From positions 1 to 46,289 of the forward strand of contig NW_021834610.1 of the NCBI RefSeq assembly GCF_006345805.1: 46,289 bases of DNA, given 5' to 3'. Shown here piece by piece: positions 1 through 11,300 of the stretch. Within the stretch, counting starts at the first letter, position 1; each line of letters opens with the position of its first letter. Origin of the DNA: Octopus sinensis. Lineage: Eukaryota. Position numbers and translations under genes: made by a program. A model generated the notes under the pieces. The model was not told the DNA's origin. It worked only from the letters and a program-made list of their open reading frames with translations, and did no database searches.

Positions 1-560
1 GAAAACTGCATTAGGTATGATTAGTTGAATTTTGGTAGTAATGACTTATGTCCCTCTTAGCGTGAGGCATTTATGTGTAATAATGCCCTCTATACAATAT
101 AAATATATATATATATTATATACCTGTAGGTACTGTAAATTTAGAGTGAATACTTGGTAAGTGTAAGCACCTGTATATGCCAGATAGTGGCAGAGGTGAG
201 AGAGTATATATCAAATATAAATTAAAAACATTCACTCTATGCTGATTGGTGATACAATATGGGCAGATTTTTGAAATCCAATGAATCTTTATACATTTAT
301 ACAGTTATACAATTATACAAATACACATTTTCAAGGAGATATGATAAACCTATTATAATGGGTAGTACTACATGTACTTTTCATATTTTTTATAGTGTGA
401 TGTAATTCTTTGGACTAACAATGCATGCGGCTGAAGAGAGCTTTAAACCCTCTTTTATATCTATTATACACTGATGTAAGAACAGGTCGTTTATAAAGCT
501 TGAAACACGTGTACCATGATATCCTTTGTGTTCTGTTCTTAATTTATATTTGTTATATAT
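1..560 (+). mobile_element. Probable Penelope-like element terminal region (pLTR remnant) carrying the hammerhead
   Basis: AT-rich segment containing the hammerhead and ending at a TA-rich junction. No ORF recognised; class inferred from ribozyme type. Confidence 0.35.
424..518 (+). ncRNA. Type I hammerhead ribozyme motif (minimal, palindromic helix III, Penelope-like)
   Basis: CTGAAGA core 431-437. Helix II GAGCTTT(AAAC) 438-448 pairs with GTTT-AT-AAAGCTT 488-501. GAAAC 502-506. Palindromic ACACGTGT 505-512. GTA cleavage triplet 511-513. Helix I GG 429-430/CC 514-515, plus CAT 424-426/ATG 516-518. Confidence 0.7.
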
Positions 561-824
561 ACTCTTTTAGTCTTTTACTCTTTTACTTGTTTCAGTCATT
601 TGACTGTAATGAAGAAGGCCTGTCCTACTTTTTCTGAGGTTACATGTATACATACACATATATAAGAATTGACGGGCACTTATACTAATGAGATAGCACA
701 TATATGTACACATGTATATAAGTATGTATGTATGTATATATATATATGTGTGTGTGTAGTATATATATATGCATACATATGCATATATATGCATATATAT
801 TATATATGCATATAATATATATGC

Positions 825-899
825 CCCGAGTGTTATACTAATACATCTGTTGTCTACACCACCTGTCTTCGTCTTGTTTTTTTGTGAATTCTCCCTATA
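825..899 (+). mobile_element. Family F 3' fragment
   Basis: ACTAATACATCTGTTGTCTACACCACCTGTCTTCGTCTTG...CCC-TATA matches the 3' ends of the F copies at 28270 and 34415. Confidence 0.6.
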
Positions 900-902
900 T
901 AT

Positions 903-1319
903 ACTCTTTTACTCTTTACTCTTTTATTTGTTTCAGTCATTTGACTGCGGCCATGCTGGAGCACCGCCTTTAATCGAGCAACTCGACCCCGGGACTTATT
1001 CTTTTGTAAGCCCAGCACTTATTCTATCAGTCTCTTTTGCCGAACCGCTAAGTTACGGGGACATAAACACACCAGCATCGGCTGTCAAGCAATGCTACGG
1101 GAACAAACACAGACACACAAACACACACACGCATACATATATATACAGATATATACGACGGGCTTCTTTCAGTTTCCGTCTACCAAATCCACTCACAAGG
1201 CTTTGGTCGGCCCGAGGCTATAGTAGAAAACACTTGCCCAAGGTGTCACACAGTGGGACTGAACCCGGAACCATGTGGTTGGTAAACAAGCTACTTACCA
1301 CACAGCCACGCCTGCGCCT
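903..1319 (-). mobile_element. tRNA-derived SINE family A, full length
   Basis: Head GGCGCAGG.GTGGCTGTGTGG (A box) and GGTTCAGTCCC (B box), internal (TA/CA)n, (GAGTAAAA)n tail. More than 12 related copies in the window. Confidence 0.9.
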
Positions 1320-1370
1320 ATATATATATATATATATAATATAAATATGTACATACCTACATATATATAT

Positions 1371-1405
<35 letters not shown>

Positions 1406-1974
1406 CGTGCATAATTGGGTACAGGACATCAAAAAACGTTGAACGCAATGAGAAACGAAAACATAAAAACAAAAACATAGAAACGAACTTTTTTTTCAAA
1501 AAATGAAAAAAACAGAGAAACGAGACACACGACATAAAGAATATTCCCCTTCTTCAGTTGTCCCTGTTTCATCTACTCCGCGTTTCGAAGGTAGCCCCCC
1601 CCCCCAAGGACATTCATGCTGACATGCCTCCTACACTAGGGAATGATGCTCCAGCTTTATCAACAGTGTAAAAGTGGGCAGCTGGATTGCGGAGGGGAAG
1701 GGAGAGTCTTGAAGATGACCCAAGGTCTGGAGGTCCAGCAACTGCCCACCACCGAGGAAATCATTGATCGTGTTCACCACATTGTGATGGGCGACAGGTG
1801 GTTGACTATAAATGAAATAGCCAATGCTATTAAGATATCCTGTGAGAGAATTTATAATATTTTGCACACAATGAACTTGGCATGATGAAGGTCTCTGCTC
1901 GGTGGGTGCCACATCTTCTGACCCCTGACCAAAAGCACACAAGGCCGATCACATTGCGGGAAAATCTGACATTG

Positions 1975-2414
1975 GGGCAAGTGAGGATCAGAACCGAAAT
2001 CGATCAATGGAAATTGCAGATGTGTTACCAGTGCCGGTGGCATGTAAGAGAACTATCCGTTCGTGACCGTTGCCAGCCTCGCCTAGCCCCCGTGCTGGTG
2101 GCACATAAAAAGCACCCTCCGTTCGTGGCCGTTTGCCAGCCTCGCCTGGCCCCCGTGCCGGTGGCACATAAAAAGCACCATCCGTCCGTGGCCGTTTGCC
2201 AGCTCCGTCTGGCACCTGTGCGGGTGGCACATAAAAAGCACCAACTACACTCATGGAGTGGTTGGTGTTAGGAAGGGCATCCAGCCGTAGAAACACTGCC
2301 AGATCTGACTAGGCCTGATGAAGCCTTCCGGCTTCGCAGACCCCAGTTGAACCGTCCAACCCATGCTAGCATGGAAAACGGACGTTAAACGATGATGATG
2401 ATGATGATGATGAT
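1975..2414 (+). mobile_element. Family E retroelement, (ATG)n tail, internal ~62-bp hairpin units, nested in mariner
   Basis: Four GTGCCGGTGGCAC-type units, conserved GTTAGGAAGGGCATCCAGCCGTAGAAAC block, GGACGTTAAACG(ATG)n end. Splits the mariner frame between ENLTL and QADP. Confidence 0.85.
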
Positions 2415-2882
2415 CCAGGCAGATCCAGCTGATTTCCTTGAACATTTCGTAAGCTTGGTTGAGTGTTGTCGTCATCATTTTGATCCAGAGACAAAGGAAC
2501 AATTTATGCAGTGGAAACACCCCCACCTTCTCACCTGCTCCAAAGAAGGCCAAGGTTGTTTCATCCGAAAAGAAAGTGATGGCCTCAGTTTTTTGGGGAT
2601 CCAGAAAGAATTGTTTATTGACTAACTTCAAAAAGGGTCACGCCATCAATGGTGAGTACTATCCCAATTTTTCTATGGCAGTTACAAAACACATAGGGAA
2701 ACTGACAAAAGGGGTCTTGTTTCAGCGGGACAATGCCCCTGCACATAAGTCCTTGGTTTCATTGGCTGCTGCACGTGACTGTGGGTTTGAACCGGTGGAT
2801 CACCCTCCCTGTTCTACTGATTTGGTCTCATCTGACTATCGTCTGCTCCCCAGAATGAAAATTTCACTTAGCTGGAAACCAG

Positions 2883-3267
2883 GAGGAAGCACTCCGTCAG
2901 TTACGACGATGAGGGTTCCGGTTGATCTGAATCAACGGAACAGCCTGCTCGTGAAATTAATGTGTAAGTGGCTGAGCACTCCACACACACGTGTACCCTT
3001 AACGTAGTTCTCGGGGATATTCAGCGTGACACAGAGAGTGACAAGGCCGGCCCTTTGAAATACAGGTACAACAGAAACAGGAAGTAAGAGTGAGAGAAAG
3101 TTGTGGTGAAAGAGTACAGCAGGGATCACCACCATCCCTGCCGGAGCCTTGTGGAGCTTTAGGTGTTTTCACTCAATAAACACTCACAACGCCCGGTCTG
3201 GGAATCGAAACCGCGATCCTATGACCGCGAGTCCTCTGCCCTAACCACTGGGCCATTGCGCCTCCAC
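2883..3267 (-). mobile_element. tRNA-derived SINE family B nested in mariner
   Basis: 13-bp TSD AGCTGGAAACCAG at 2870-2882 and 3268-3280. A/B-box head at the right end. Confidence 0.92.
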
Positions 3268-3477
3268 AGCTGGAAACCAGTATCTCAGTAATGATGACGT
3301 TTTGTCTGCTGTTGATGGCTTTTTTGACCAACTGGATGAAGCTTCTTCACCAATGAGATCCAAATACCAAGGGAAGAAGTGTGTAAACCGCAAGCAAGAC
3401 TATGTTAAAAAATAAGCCTCATTTGGTGACATTCCTTGACATTCCTCGACATTCAAAAGCCAACGGAAGGTGCACAG

Positions 3478-3735
3478 GCCGTTAGCTCTTCAATGTTTTT
3501 TAGTGATGTGATTCCCGTATTCATCTGATGAAAACGTTTTTTTTCTAATGATGTATTGCCTCCATTAATCAATTAAAAATGTGTTGGAAACAGCTGTAGG
3601 GGATTGACACATCCATCTGCAGAAGAGTGTAAGCTTGAAACGTTAAAGACTTCCCCTGTTCTTCCTGGGCTTTAAACTAATACACCCTGATTGTTATTCT
3701 TTCACCTGTCTCTGTTTTTTGTATATTTTTCAACC
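3478..3735 (+). mobile_element. Diverged family F copy with degenerate hammerhead-like motif
   Basis: CCGTTAGCTC near the 5' end. CTGCAGA-A-GAGT-GTAA-GCTT-GAAAC-GTT-AAAGAC at 3617-3650. F-type 3' end. Confidence 0.55.
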
Positions 3736-3876
3736 ATACACACACACACACATATATATACATACATACATACATATTTGTGTGTGTATATGTGAGTGTG
3801 TATGTGTGTATATATGTGTGTGTATATGTGAGTGTATGTGTGTAATATATGTATATTATGTATATATATATGTATA

Positions 3877-3927
<51 letters not shown>

Positions 3928-3942
3928 TATATATAATATAAG

Positions 3943-4001
<59 letters not shown>

Positions 4002-4002
<1 letters not shown>

Positions 4003-4409
4003 GGCGCAGGAGTGGCTGTGTGGTAAGTAGCTTGCTACCAACCACATGGTTCCAGGTTCAGTCCCACTGCGTGGCATCTTGGGCAGTGTCTTCTGCTATA
4101 GCCCCAGGCCGACCAATGCCTTGTGAGTGGATTTGGTAGACGGAAACTGAAAGAAGCCTGTCGTATATATGTATATATATGTGTGTGTGTGTGGGGGGGG
4201 GTTGTGTGTCTGTGTTTGTCCCCCTAGCATTGCCTGACAACTGATGCTGGTGTGTTTATGTCCCCGTCACTTAGCAGTTCGGCAAAAGAGACCAATAGAA
4301 TAAGTACTGGGCTTACAAAGAATAAGTCCCGGGGTCGATTTGATGACTAAAAGGTGGTGCTCCAGCATGGCCGCAGTCAAATGACTGAAACAAGTAAAAG
4401 AGTAAGAGT
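4002..4409 (+). mobile_element. SINE family A, full length, inserted in (TA)n
   Basis: A box 4013-4023, B box 4055-4065, GAGTAA tail. Confidence 0.9.
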
Positions 4410-4440
4410 ATATATGTATATATATATATATATATATATA

Positions 4441-4588
4441 GGGAGAATTCACAAAAAAAAAGCAAAAGACTAAGACAGGTGGTGTAGACAACAAACAGAT
4501 GTATTAGTAAACGCTTGGGAAGTGAAAAAGGGACACAGACATAAACAGGGAGAGAAAATAAAGAATGTGTAGTGGCTAGCGATCTATC
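4441..4588 (-). mobile_element. Family F copy lacking the ribozyme segment
   Basis: Reverse complement starts GATAGATCGCTAGC as in the 34415 copy and has the F 3' end. The ~37-nt hammerhead block is absent. Confidence 0.65.
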
Positions 4589-5196
4589 TATGTACATATA
4601 TATATATATATAGTAAGAAAACAAGATAATACCGTTAGTAAGGGAAAACAAAAAAATAAAACAAAGCAAGATAAAACAAAACAAAACAAAATAAAAGAGA
4701 ATGAAATAAAATAAAGGACAACAAAAGGTAGTTGAATACAAGAAGGTATAAGATGGTTTAATTTTCTATGAGAGGTGTGCGGCTATAAAGATAGATAGAT
4801 AGTTAGATAGATATGAATGTATGCATCTATAAGTGTGTGTGTGTGGTACAAATTTACAGAAAACAAAAGACTGAGACAGGTGAGGGAATAACAAGCAGGT
4901 GTTAATAACATAGAGCACATGTGTATACACACACACATGTACATACACACATACACGCATTTATATATGTAAATATTTGTATATATTAATACAGGCGTAC
5001 ATATGTATGTGTGTGTATGGTGGAAGTCGACTCCTGTATACATACCTATGTACCTGTAGGTGTGCGTCACTAATGTGTGTGTGTGTAGTGGGGTCGGAAA
5101 TTGTTCCAGTCACTGAACTTCAAATAGGTTTTAGATAAAGGTTGGAATTATAAGATTCACTGAACCGAAACTTTTTCAAAAGACATACAAGAGAGG

Positions 5197-5227
<31 letters not shown>

Positions 5228-5995
5228 TGAGAGATCAGGAGAGAGACTGAGAGAATGGACTATACACACACATATACACGCAATATTATATATACAGCAT
5301 TTTTTTTTTGTTGTTCTGAAGTACAAGTAAGTCCAAGAAGTGTCTGTCAATAATAGTTTTGGTGAGGCAACAGCTAAAAGAAACTCAATTTTGAAAGCAA
5401 ATAATGTCCTTTTGTTGGGATGAAAGACACACTGAATATAAATGAACCGAAAGTTTAAAGTCTCCTATTGTATTTATGGTATGTGTGAGGGTACGCACTC
5501 ATATATATGAGTGCATAATACGTGTGCATTGAGAGAGAGAGAGACATAGAGATAGAGTGAAGGGCAAGAGAGAGAGAGAGAGAAAATCTTAACTGGAAAA
5601 GGAGGAAATCTTTATGACAGGTTTCTAAGCCCTATACACAAAGCTATAAATTTTAAGGAAGGTCTCAGTCGATTAAATTGACCTTATAACCTCGTTGGTG
5701 CATAATTTATGGACTATAGAGAGAAGGAGAACTTGCCCTTGACCCTGAGGGAAGGGTTGTCTGTTTAATTGTGTATCGTTATTGATGTTTTGTAATATAT
5801 GAAATAAACACCATGGTTATTTTACAGTGAGTTTGTATACACATACATACATACATATGTACATATATTCAAGGAGCCTTGGATCTAGGTTAGAAACCGG
5901 CTCTTTCTCTACTGGCAAGAAATCTTGAAATAAAACTGAACAATGACATACATACATACATATTTACATGTGTATATCTATATATATAAAACTCA

Positions 5996-6380
5996 GTGGA
6001 GGCGCAATGGCCCAGTGGTTAGGGCAGTGAACTCGCGGTCATAGGATCGCGGTTTCGATTCCCAGACAGGGCGTTGTGAGTGTTTATTGAGCGAAAACAC
6101 CTAAAGCTCCACGAGGTTCCGGCAGGGGATGGTGGTGGTCCCTGCTGTACTCTTTCACCACAACTTTCTCTAACTTTTACTTCCTGTTTCTGTTGTACCT
6201 GTATTTCAAAGGGGCCGGCCTTGTCACTCTCTGTGTCACGCTGAATATCCCCGAGAACTACGTTAAGGGTACACGTGTCTGTGGAGTGCTCAGCCACTTA
6301 CACGTTAATTTCACGAGCAGGCTGTTCCGTTGATTCGGATCAACCAGAACCCTCATCGTCGTAACCGACGGAGTGCTTCC
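5996..6380 (+). mobile_element. SINE family B, full length
   Basis: A box TGGCCCAGTGG 6008-6018, B box GGTTTCGATTCCC 6051-6063. 12-bp TSD ATATAAAACTCA at 5984-5995 and 6381-6392. Confidence 0.92.
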
Positions 6381-7066
6381 ATATAAAACTCAACTTGTGT
6401 GTCTGTGTATGTATCTGTGTGTGTGTCTGTGTGTTTAACTTCCCGGCACATCTCTTCCTAGCCAACAAATCGTAGAACCACCAAAAATGGGTCACTTAAA
6501 GTTTAGGTGAATGAAAGTTGAACTGCGCTATTTCTGTTCCGAAATTCATCTCGCAAGTACAAAAATCGATAATGTGTTTGTTTAGGCCTTATCCCATGCA
6601 TTGAATAGTGAACTTTACTCAGTCAGCTGTTTGACGTGAACTGTGTTCACCGCGCGTGCAAGCATGCGTAAATTGCATGAAAAATAAAAAAATCAAGATA
6701 TAAAAACGCCGTAAACATTGTAGAAATTCAGCAAAGAAATTAATTTACGGGATGTAGCCTGGAGGGTTTTTTCGTATTAATTGTTTGGACTTTGTGAACA
6801 CATACCAATTGTTTTCATAACATTTTTATCGCTAGCAAAGATGACCTCAGTGATATTTGAACTCAGAAGGTGAAGACAGATGAAATACCACTAAGTATTT
6901 CGCCAGGCATGCTAACGTTTCTGTCAACTCACCACCTTGCAGCAGGTATGAATTCTGACACTATCCTATGTTCAGTCAACCGTAAACCGAGTCTTTTTTT
7001 TATATTTTATTGTTTGTACTGTTGCTCAGTACAAACAATGTAATTGTATATGTGTGTGTGTTGTAC

Positions 7067-7104
<38 letters not shown>

Positions 7105-7848
7105 GTGGGGTGGACAGAGGAAATCAGTCAAGTTGGAGTTGAGAAAAAGAATACCAAAGTGAACATGTTCAGTCATGTCCAATCTCTTCTTGTTAGAGGA
7201 GGAACCTGTGAGGAGACAAGGTCGTCTTGTCTATTCAAATCAACCAAACACCAAACAACCCAATTTCTTTGACCTTTCACTCGAGGTCACCAGTGAGAAG
7301 ACACTCTCATCATGTAAACATCGCTTCATGATGTGATGATCTTATAATCCACCACCAACTGTGATTTATTAATCTATATTCGGTTTGTAATCTTGAATCG
7401 GAAGTGGAAATATCCTTTCTAATTTACACACATACATACATATATACGACGGGCTTCTTTTAGTTTCTGTCTGCCAAACCTACTCACAGACTTTGGTTGG
7501 CCCGAGGCTATAGTAGAAGACACTTGCCCAAGGTGCCACGCAGTGGGATTGAACCCAGAACCATGAGGTTGGTAAGCAAACTACTTACCACACAGCCACT
7601 CCTACACTTTTACTCTTTTACTTGTTTCAGTAATTTGACTGTGGCCATGCTGGAGCACCACCTTTAGTCGAACAAATCGACCCCAGGACCTATTCTTTGT
7701 AAGCCTAGTACTTATTCTTTGACTTTAGGTTTACCTCAACTTTCGTTGGTAATTGTTACAAGATGTGACAACTTGACAAAAACAACGTAAGATGTGAAAA
7801 ACATCTAAAAACACTTATTAGTTCATATCTATTTTTAACAAATGGTTT

Positions 7849-8118
7849 GTACATATGTGAAGCATGGACACAGACAAAGAAATTATCAAGCGGATTAAAT
7901 GGATGTTACACAAGGATTGCTATTAATTACCGTAAATGTGAAATGGCAGCAACATATGACAAATGAAAGCCTTATGGAGACCTGTCAAACGTTAGCCAGA
8001 AGATCAGGCAAAGACGGCTGTGACTATCTGGTCACTGTGTGCGCCGCCTTGAGCTGGAAGCATCCAAATTAGTCTTGTGGAACCTACTTCATGGTGATGT
8101 AAGCAGAGGAATACATTG
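7849..8118 (+). mobile_element. RTE-clade LINE reverse transcriptase C-terminal fragment (copy 1)
   Basis: Frameshifted equivalent of the 9374 copy. Confidence 0.8.
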
Positions 8119-9373
8119 TCACACTTACATCCCTCTCTCTCTTTCGGAGAGGCACTGAGCACCTACACGCACACATACACACACGGCAGTAAATTCCACC
8201 TACCGAATTCAATCACAAAGCTCCGGTCGGCTCGGGGCTATAGTGGAAGACACCTACTCAAAGTGCCACGCAGTGGGACTGAACCCGAAACCATGTAACT
8301 AGGAAGCAAGCTCCCTAACCACACAGCCATAACTTGATTTCAGACACTGGCCTGGGATGTATTGAGGACCACGAGAGAGTGTAGCAGGTAGACTAGTTGT
8401 TGCAGCCCGTGTTGGAACCTGGCCTTAATATAAATAATGAAATTGTACTCTTGTACTCTTTTCAGTCATTTGACTGTGGCCATGCTGGAGCACCGCCTTT
8501 AGTCAAACAAATCGACCCCAGGACTTATTCTTTGTAAGCCTAGTACTTATTCTATCAGTCTCTTTCCTTTTCTATTCAAGGCACAAGGCCTGAAATTTTG
8601 GGAGTGAAAGCCAGTCGATTTGATCAAACTCAGTACGCAACTGGTATCTAATTTATTGACCACGAAAGGAAGAAAGCAAAGTCGACCTCAGTGGAATTTG
8701 AACTCAGAGCGTAAAGACAGACAAAATACAGCTATGTTACAGAGGACATAAACACACCACCGTGGTTGTCAAGCGATGGTGGGGCGTCAAACACAGACAC
8801 ACAAACACACATATATACATACGATGGACTTCTTTCAGTTTCCGTAAGCCTACTATTTATTCAATTGGTCTCTTTTGCCAAACCACTAAGTTACAGGGAC
8901 ATAAACACACCAACATCGGTTGTCAAGTGATGGTGGGACAAACAGACACACACACATGCATACATATATACATGACAGGCCTTCTTTCAGTTTCCTTCTA
9001 CCAAATCCACTCACAAGGCTTTGGTTGGCCTAAGGCTATAGTAGAAGACACTTGCCCAAGGTGCCACAGAGTGGGACTGAACCCAGAACCATGAGGTTGG
9101 TAAGCAAACTACTTACCACACAGCCACTCCTACACTTTTACTCTTTTACTTGTTTCAGTAATTTGACTGTGGCCATGCTGGAGCACCACCTTTAGTCGAA
9201 CAAATCGACCCCAGGACCTATTCTTTGTAAGCCTAGTACTTATTCTTTGACTTCAGGTTTACCTCAACATTCGTTGGTAATTGTTACAAGATGTGACAAC
9301 TTGACAAAAACAACGTAAGATGTGAAAAACATCTAAAAACACTTATTAGTTCATATCTATTTTTAACAAATGG

Positions 9374-9646
9374 TTTGTACATATGTGAAGCATGGACACA
9401 GACAAAGAAATTATCAAGCGGATTAAATGGATGTTACACAAGGATGATATTAATTACCGTAAATGTGAAATGGCAGCAACATATGACAGATGAATGCCTT
9501 TATGGAAACCTGCCAAACGTTAGCCAGAAGATCAGGCAAAGACGGCAGCTGCGACTATCTGGTCACTGTGTGCGCCGCCTTGAGCTGGAAGCATCCAAAT
9601 CAGTCTTGTGGAACCTACTTCATGGTGATGTAAGCAGAGGAATACA
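9374..9646 (+). mobile_element. RTE-clade LINE reverse transcriptase C-terminal fragment (copy 2)
   Basis: YICEAWTQTKKLSSGLNGCYTRM...WQQHMTDECLYGNLP...IRQRRQLRLSGHCVR resembles the RTE motif YGCEAW...YTRMLR...LYG.LP...RRL..AGHC.R. Confidence 0.85.
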
Positions 9647-10604
9647 TACATACACACATACATACATACATACATACACACACATATACATACATACACA
9701 CATATGGAGAGATGAACTGCTGCTATCTCTAGTGGTCGAGTGTCCATCATTGACAAGATCAAGGAGGTCGAAATTATGTGATCTGGTGGTCTCATTTCTG
9801 GGATGTATTGAGGACCACGAGGGAGTGTGGCAGGTAGGCTAGTTGCTGCAGCTTGTGTTGGGACCTGGCCTTAATAAAAATAATAAAATTGTACTCTTTT
9901 CAGTCATTTGACTGTGGCCATGCTGGAGCACCGCCTTTAGTCAAACAAATCGACCCCAGGACTTATTCTTTGTAAGCCTAGTACTTATTCTGTCAGTCTC
10001 TTTCCTTTTCTACTCAAGGCACAAGGCCTGAAATTTGGGAGGAGAGAGCCAGTTGATTAGATTGACCCCAGTACGCAACTGGTACCTAATTTATTGACCA
10101 CGAAAGGATGAAAGCAAAGTCGACCTCAGTGGAATTTGAACTCAGAGAGTAAAGACAAACGAAATACAGCTATGTTACAGAGGACATAAACACACCACCG
10201 TGGTTGTCAAGCGATGGTGGGGCAACAAACACAGACACACAAACACACATATATACATATGATGGACTTCTTTCAGTTTCCGTAAGCCTACTATTTATTC
10301 AATTGGTCTCTTTTGCCAAACCACTAAGTTACAGGGACATAAACACACCAACATCGGTTGTCAAGTGATGGTGGGACAAACAGACACACACACATGCATA
10401 CATATATACATGACAGGCCTTCTTTCAGTGTTTCCTTCTACCAAATCCACTCACAAGGCTTTGGTTAGCCTGAGGCTATAGTAGAAGACACTTGCCCAAG
10501 GTGCCCTGCTGTGGGACTGTACCCAGAACCATGTGGTTGGGTAGGAAGCTTCTTACCACACAGCCATGCCTGTGCTATGTATTTCATTTAATTCTCCATT
10601 TCAG

Positions 10605-10787
10605 AGGTGCAGGAGTGGCTGTGTGGTAAGTAGCTTGCTTACCAACCACATGGTTCCGGGTTCAGTCCCACTGCGTGGCATCTTGGGTAAGTGTCTTCTG
10701 CTGTAGCGCCGGGCCGACCAATGCCTTGTGCGTGGATTTGGTAGACAGAAACTGAAAGAAGCCTGTCGTATATATGTATATATATAT

Positions 10788-10834
<47 letters not shown>

Positions 10835-11049
10835 GTGTGTTTGTGTGTGTGTGTTTGTCCCCCTAGCATTGCTTGACAACTGATGCTGGTGTGTTTATGT
10901 CCCCGTCACTTAGCGGTTCGGCAAAAGAGACCGATAGAATAAGTACTGGGCTTACAAAAGAATAAGTCCCGGGGTCGATTTGCTCGACTAAAGGCAGTGC
11001 TCCAGCATGGCCGCAGTCAAATGACTGAAACAAGTAAAAGAGTAAAGAG
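10605..11049 (+). mobile_element. SINE family A, full length
   Basis: Same head, internal microsatellite and tail as other A copies. Confidence 0.9.
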
Positions 11050-11224
11050 AATGTTGTGCTTTTGAATATGTTCGTTGAGACTAATGGATAAATCGACTGA
11101 TTTTGAGGTCTGTTTTTTCCATTCCTTTCTTGTAAAGGTAAAATGGCACAATCGATAAAGAAGTAATTGGAAACGACGTAAGTTGAGGTATGCCAAGATA
11201 TAAAGGAATAAATAAAGGAGGAAT

Positions 11225-11300
11225 TTCAACCATGTTTCATGGTCTGCTACCACAACAGCTCCTTTATAGGATCCAGTTAGCTCAAGACATCATCAGGAGG
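11225..11300 (-). ncRNA. Degenerate type I hammerhead-like motif in a probable Penelope-like remnant (~11050-11570)
   Basis: Minus strand: CTGATGA core (11296-11290); helix II with GTCT/AGAC, GCTA/TAGC and TCCT-ATAA-AGGA; GAAAC (11238-11234); AC-ATG-GT helix III; GTT triplet. Helix I is only 2 bp. Confidence 0.5.

Larger units (their letters stand above)
1601..3445 (+). mobile_element. Decayed mariner (DD34D) transposase, 5'-truncated, interrupted by two SINE insertions
   Basis: Translated motifs SLEDDPRSG, WVPHLL, HHFDPETKEQ, KVMASVFW, D(NAPAH)-34 aa-SSD(Y), and C-terminal KKCVNRKQDYV-like sequence ending in TAA ~3416. Contains frameshifts and stops. Confidence 0.9.
7505..10505. repeat. Tandem segmental duplication, units ~1.53 kb (7505-9032) and ~1.44 kb (9033-10472)
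   Basis: Collinear near-identity of SINE-A pieces, spacer, RTE fragment and D-type SINE. The identical 33-bp block AGGCTATAG...GGTGCC lies at 7505, 9033 and 10473. Confidence 0.9.

Noticed and set aside
1405-1592. Hammerhead on the minus strand (CTGAAGAAGGGG near 1545-1555, GAAAC upstream)
   Set aside because: I could not build helix II/III with GAAA and a cleavage triplet in a valid order. May still be a Penelope-related repeat.
2459-3007. 182-aa ORF as an intact transposase
   Set aside because: It covers only part of the decayed mariner and reads into the inserted SINE B. The element is frameshifted and truncated.
5996-6075. tRNA genes (also the heads of A, C, D and H copies)
   Set aside because: A/B boxes are present but each head runs into a SINE body with tail and often a TSD. 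No complete cloverleaf.
7100-7390. LINE endonuclease remnant (LLTGDLE on the minus strand)
   Set aside because: Only one weak motif amid stop codons.
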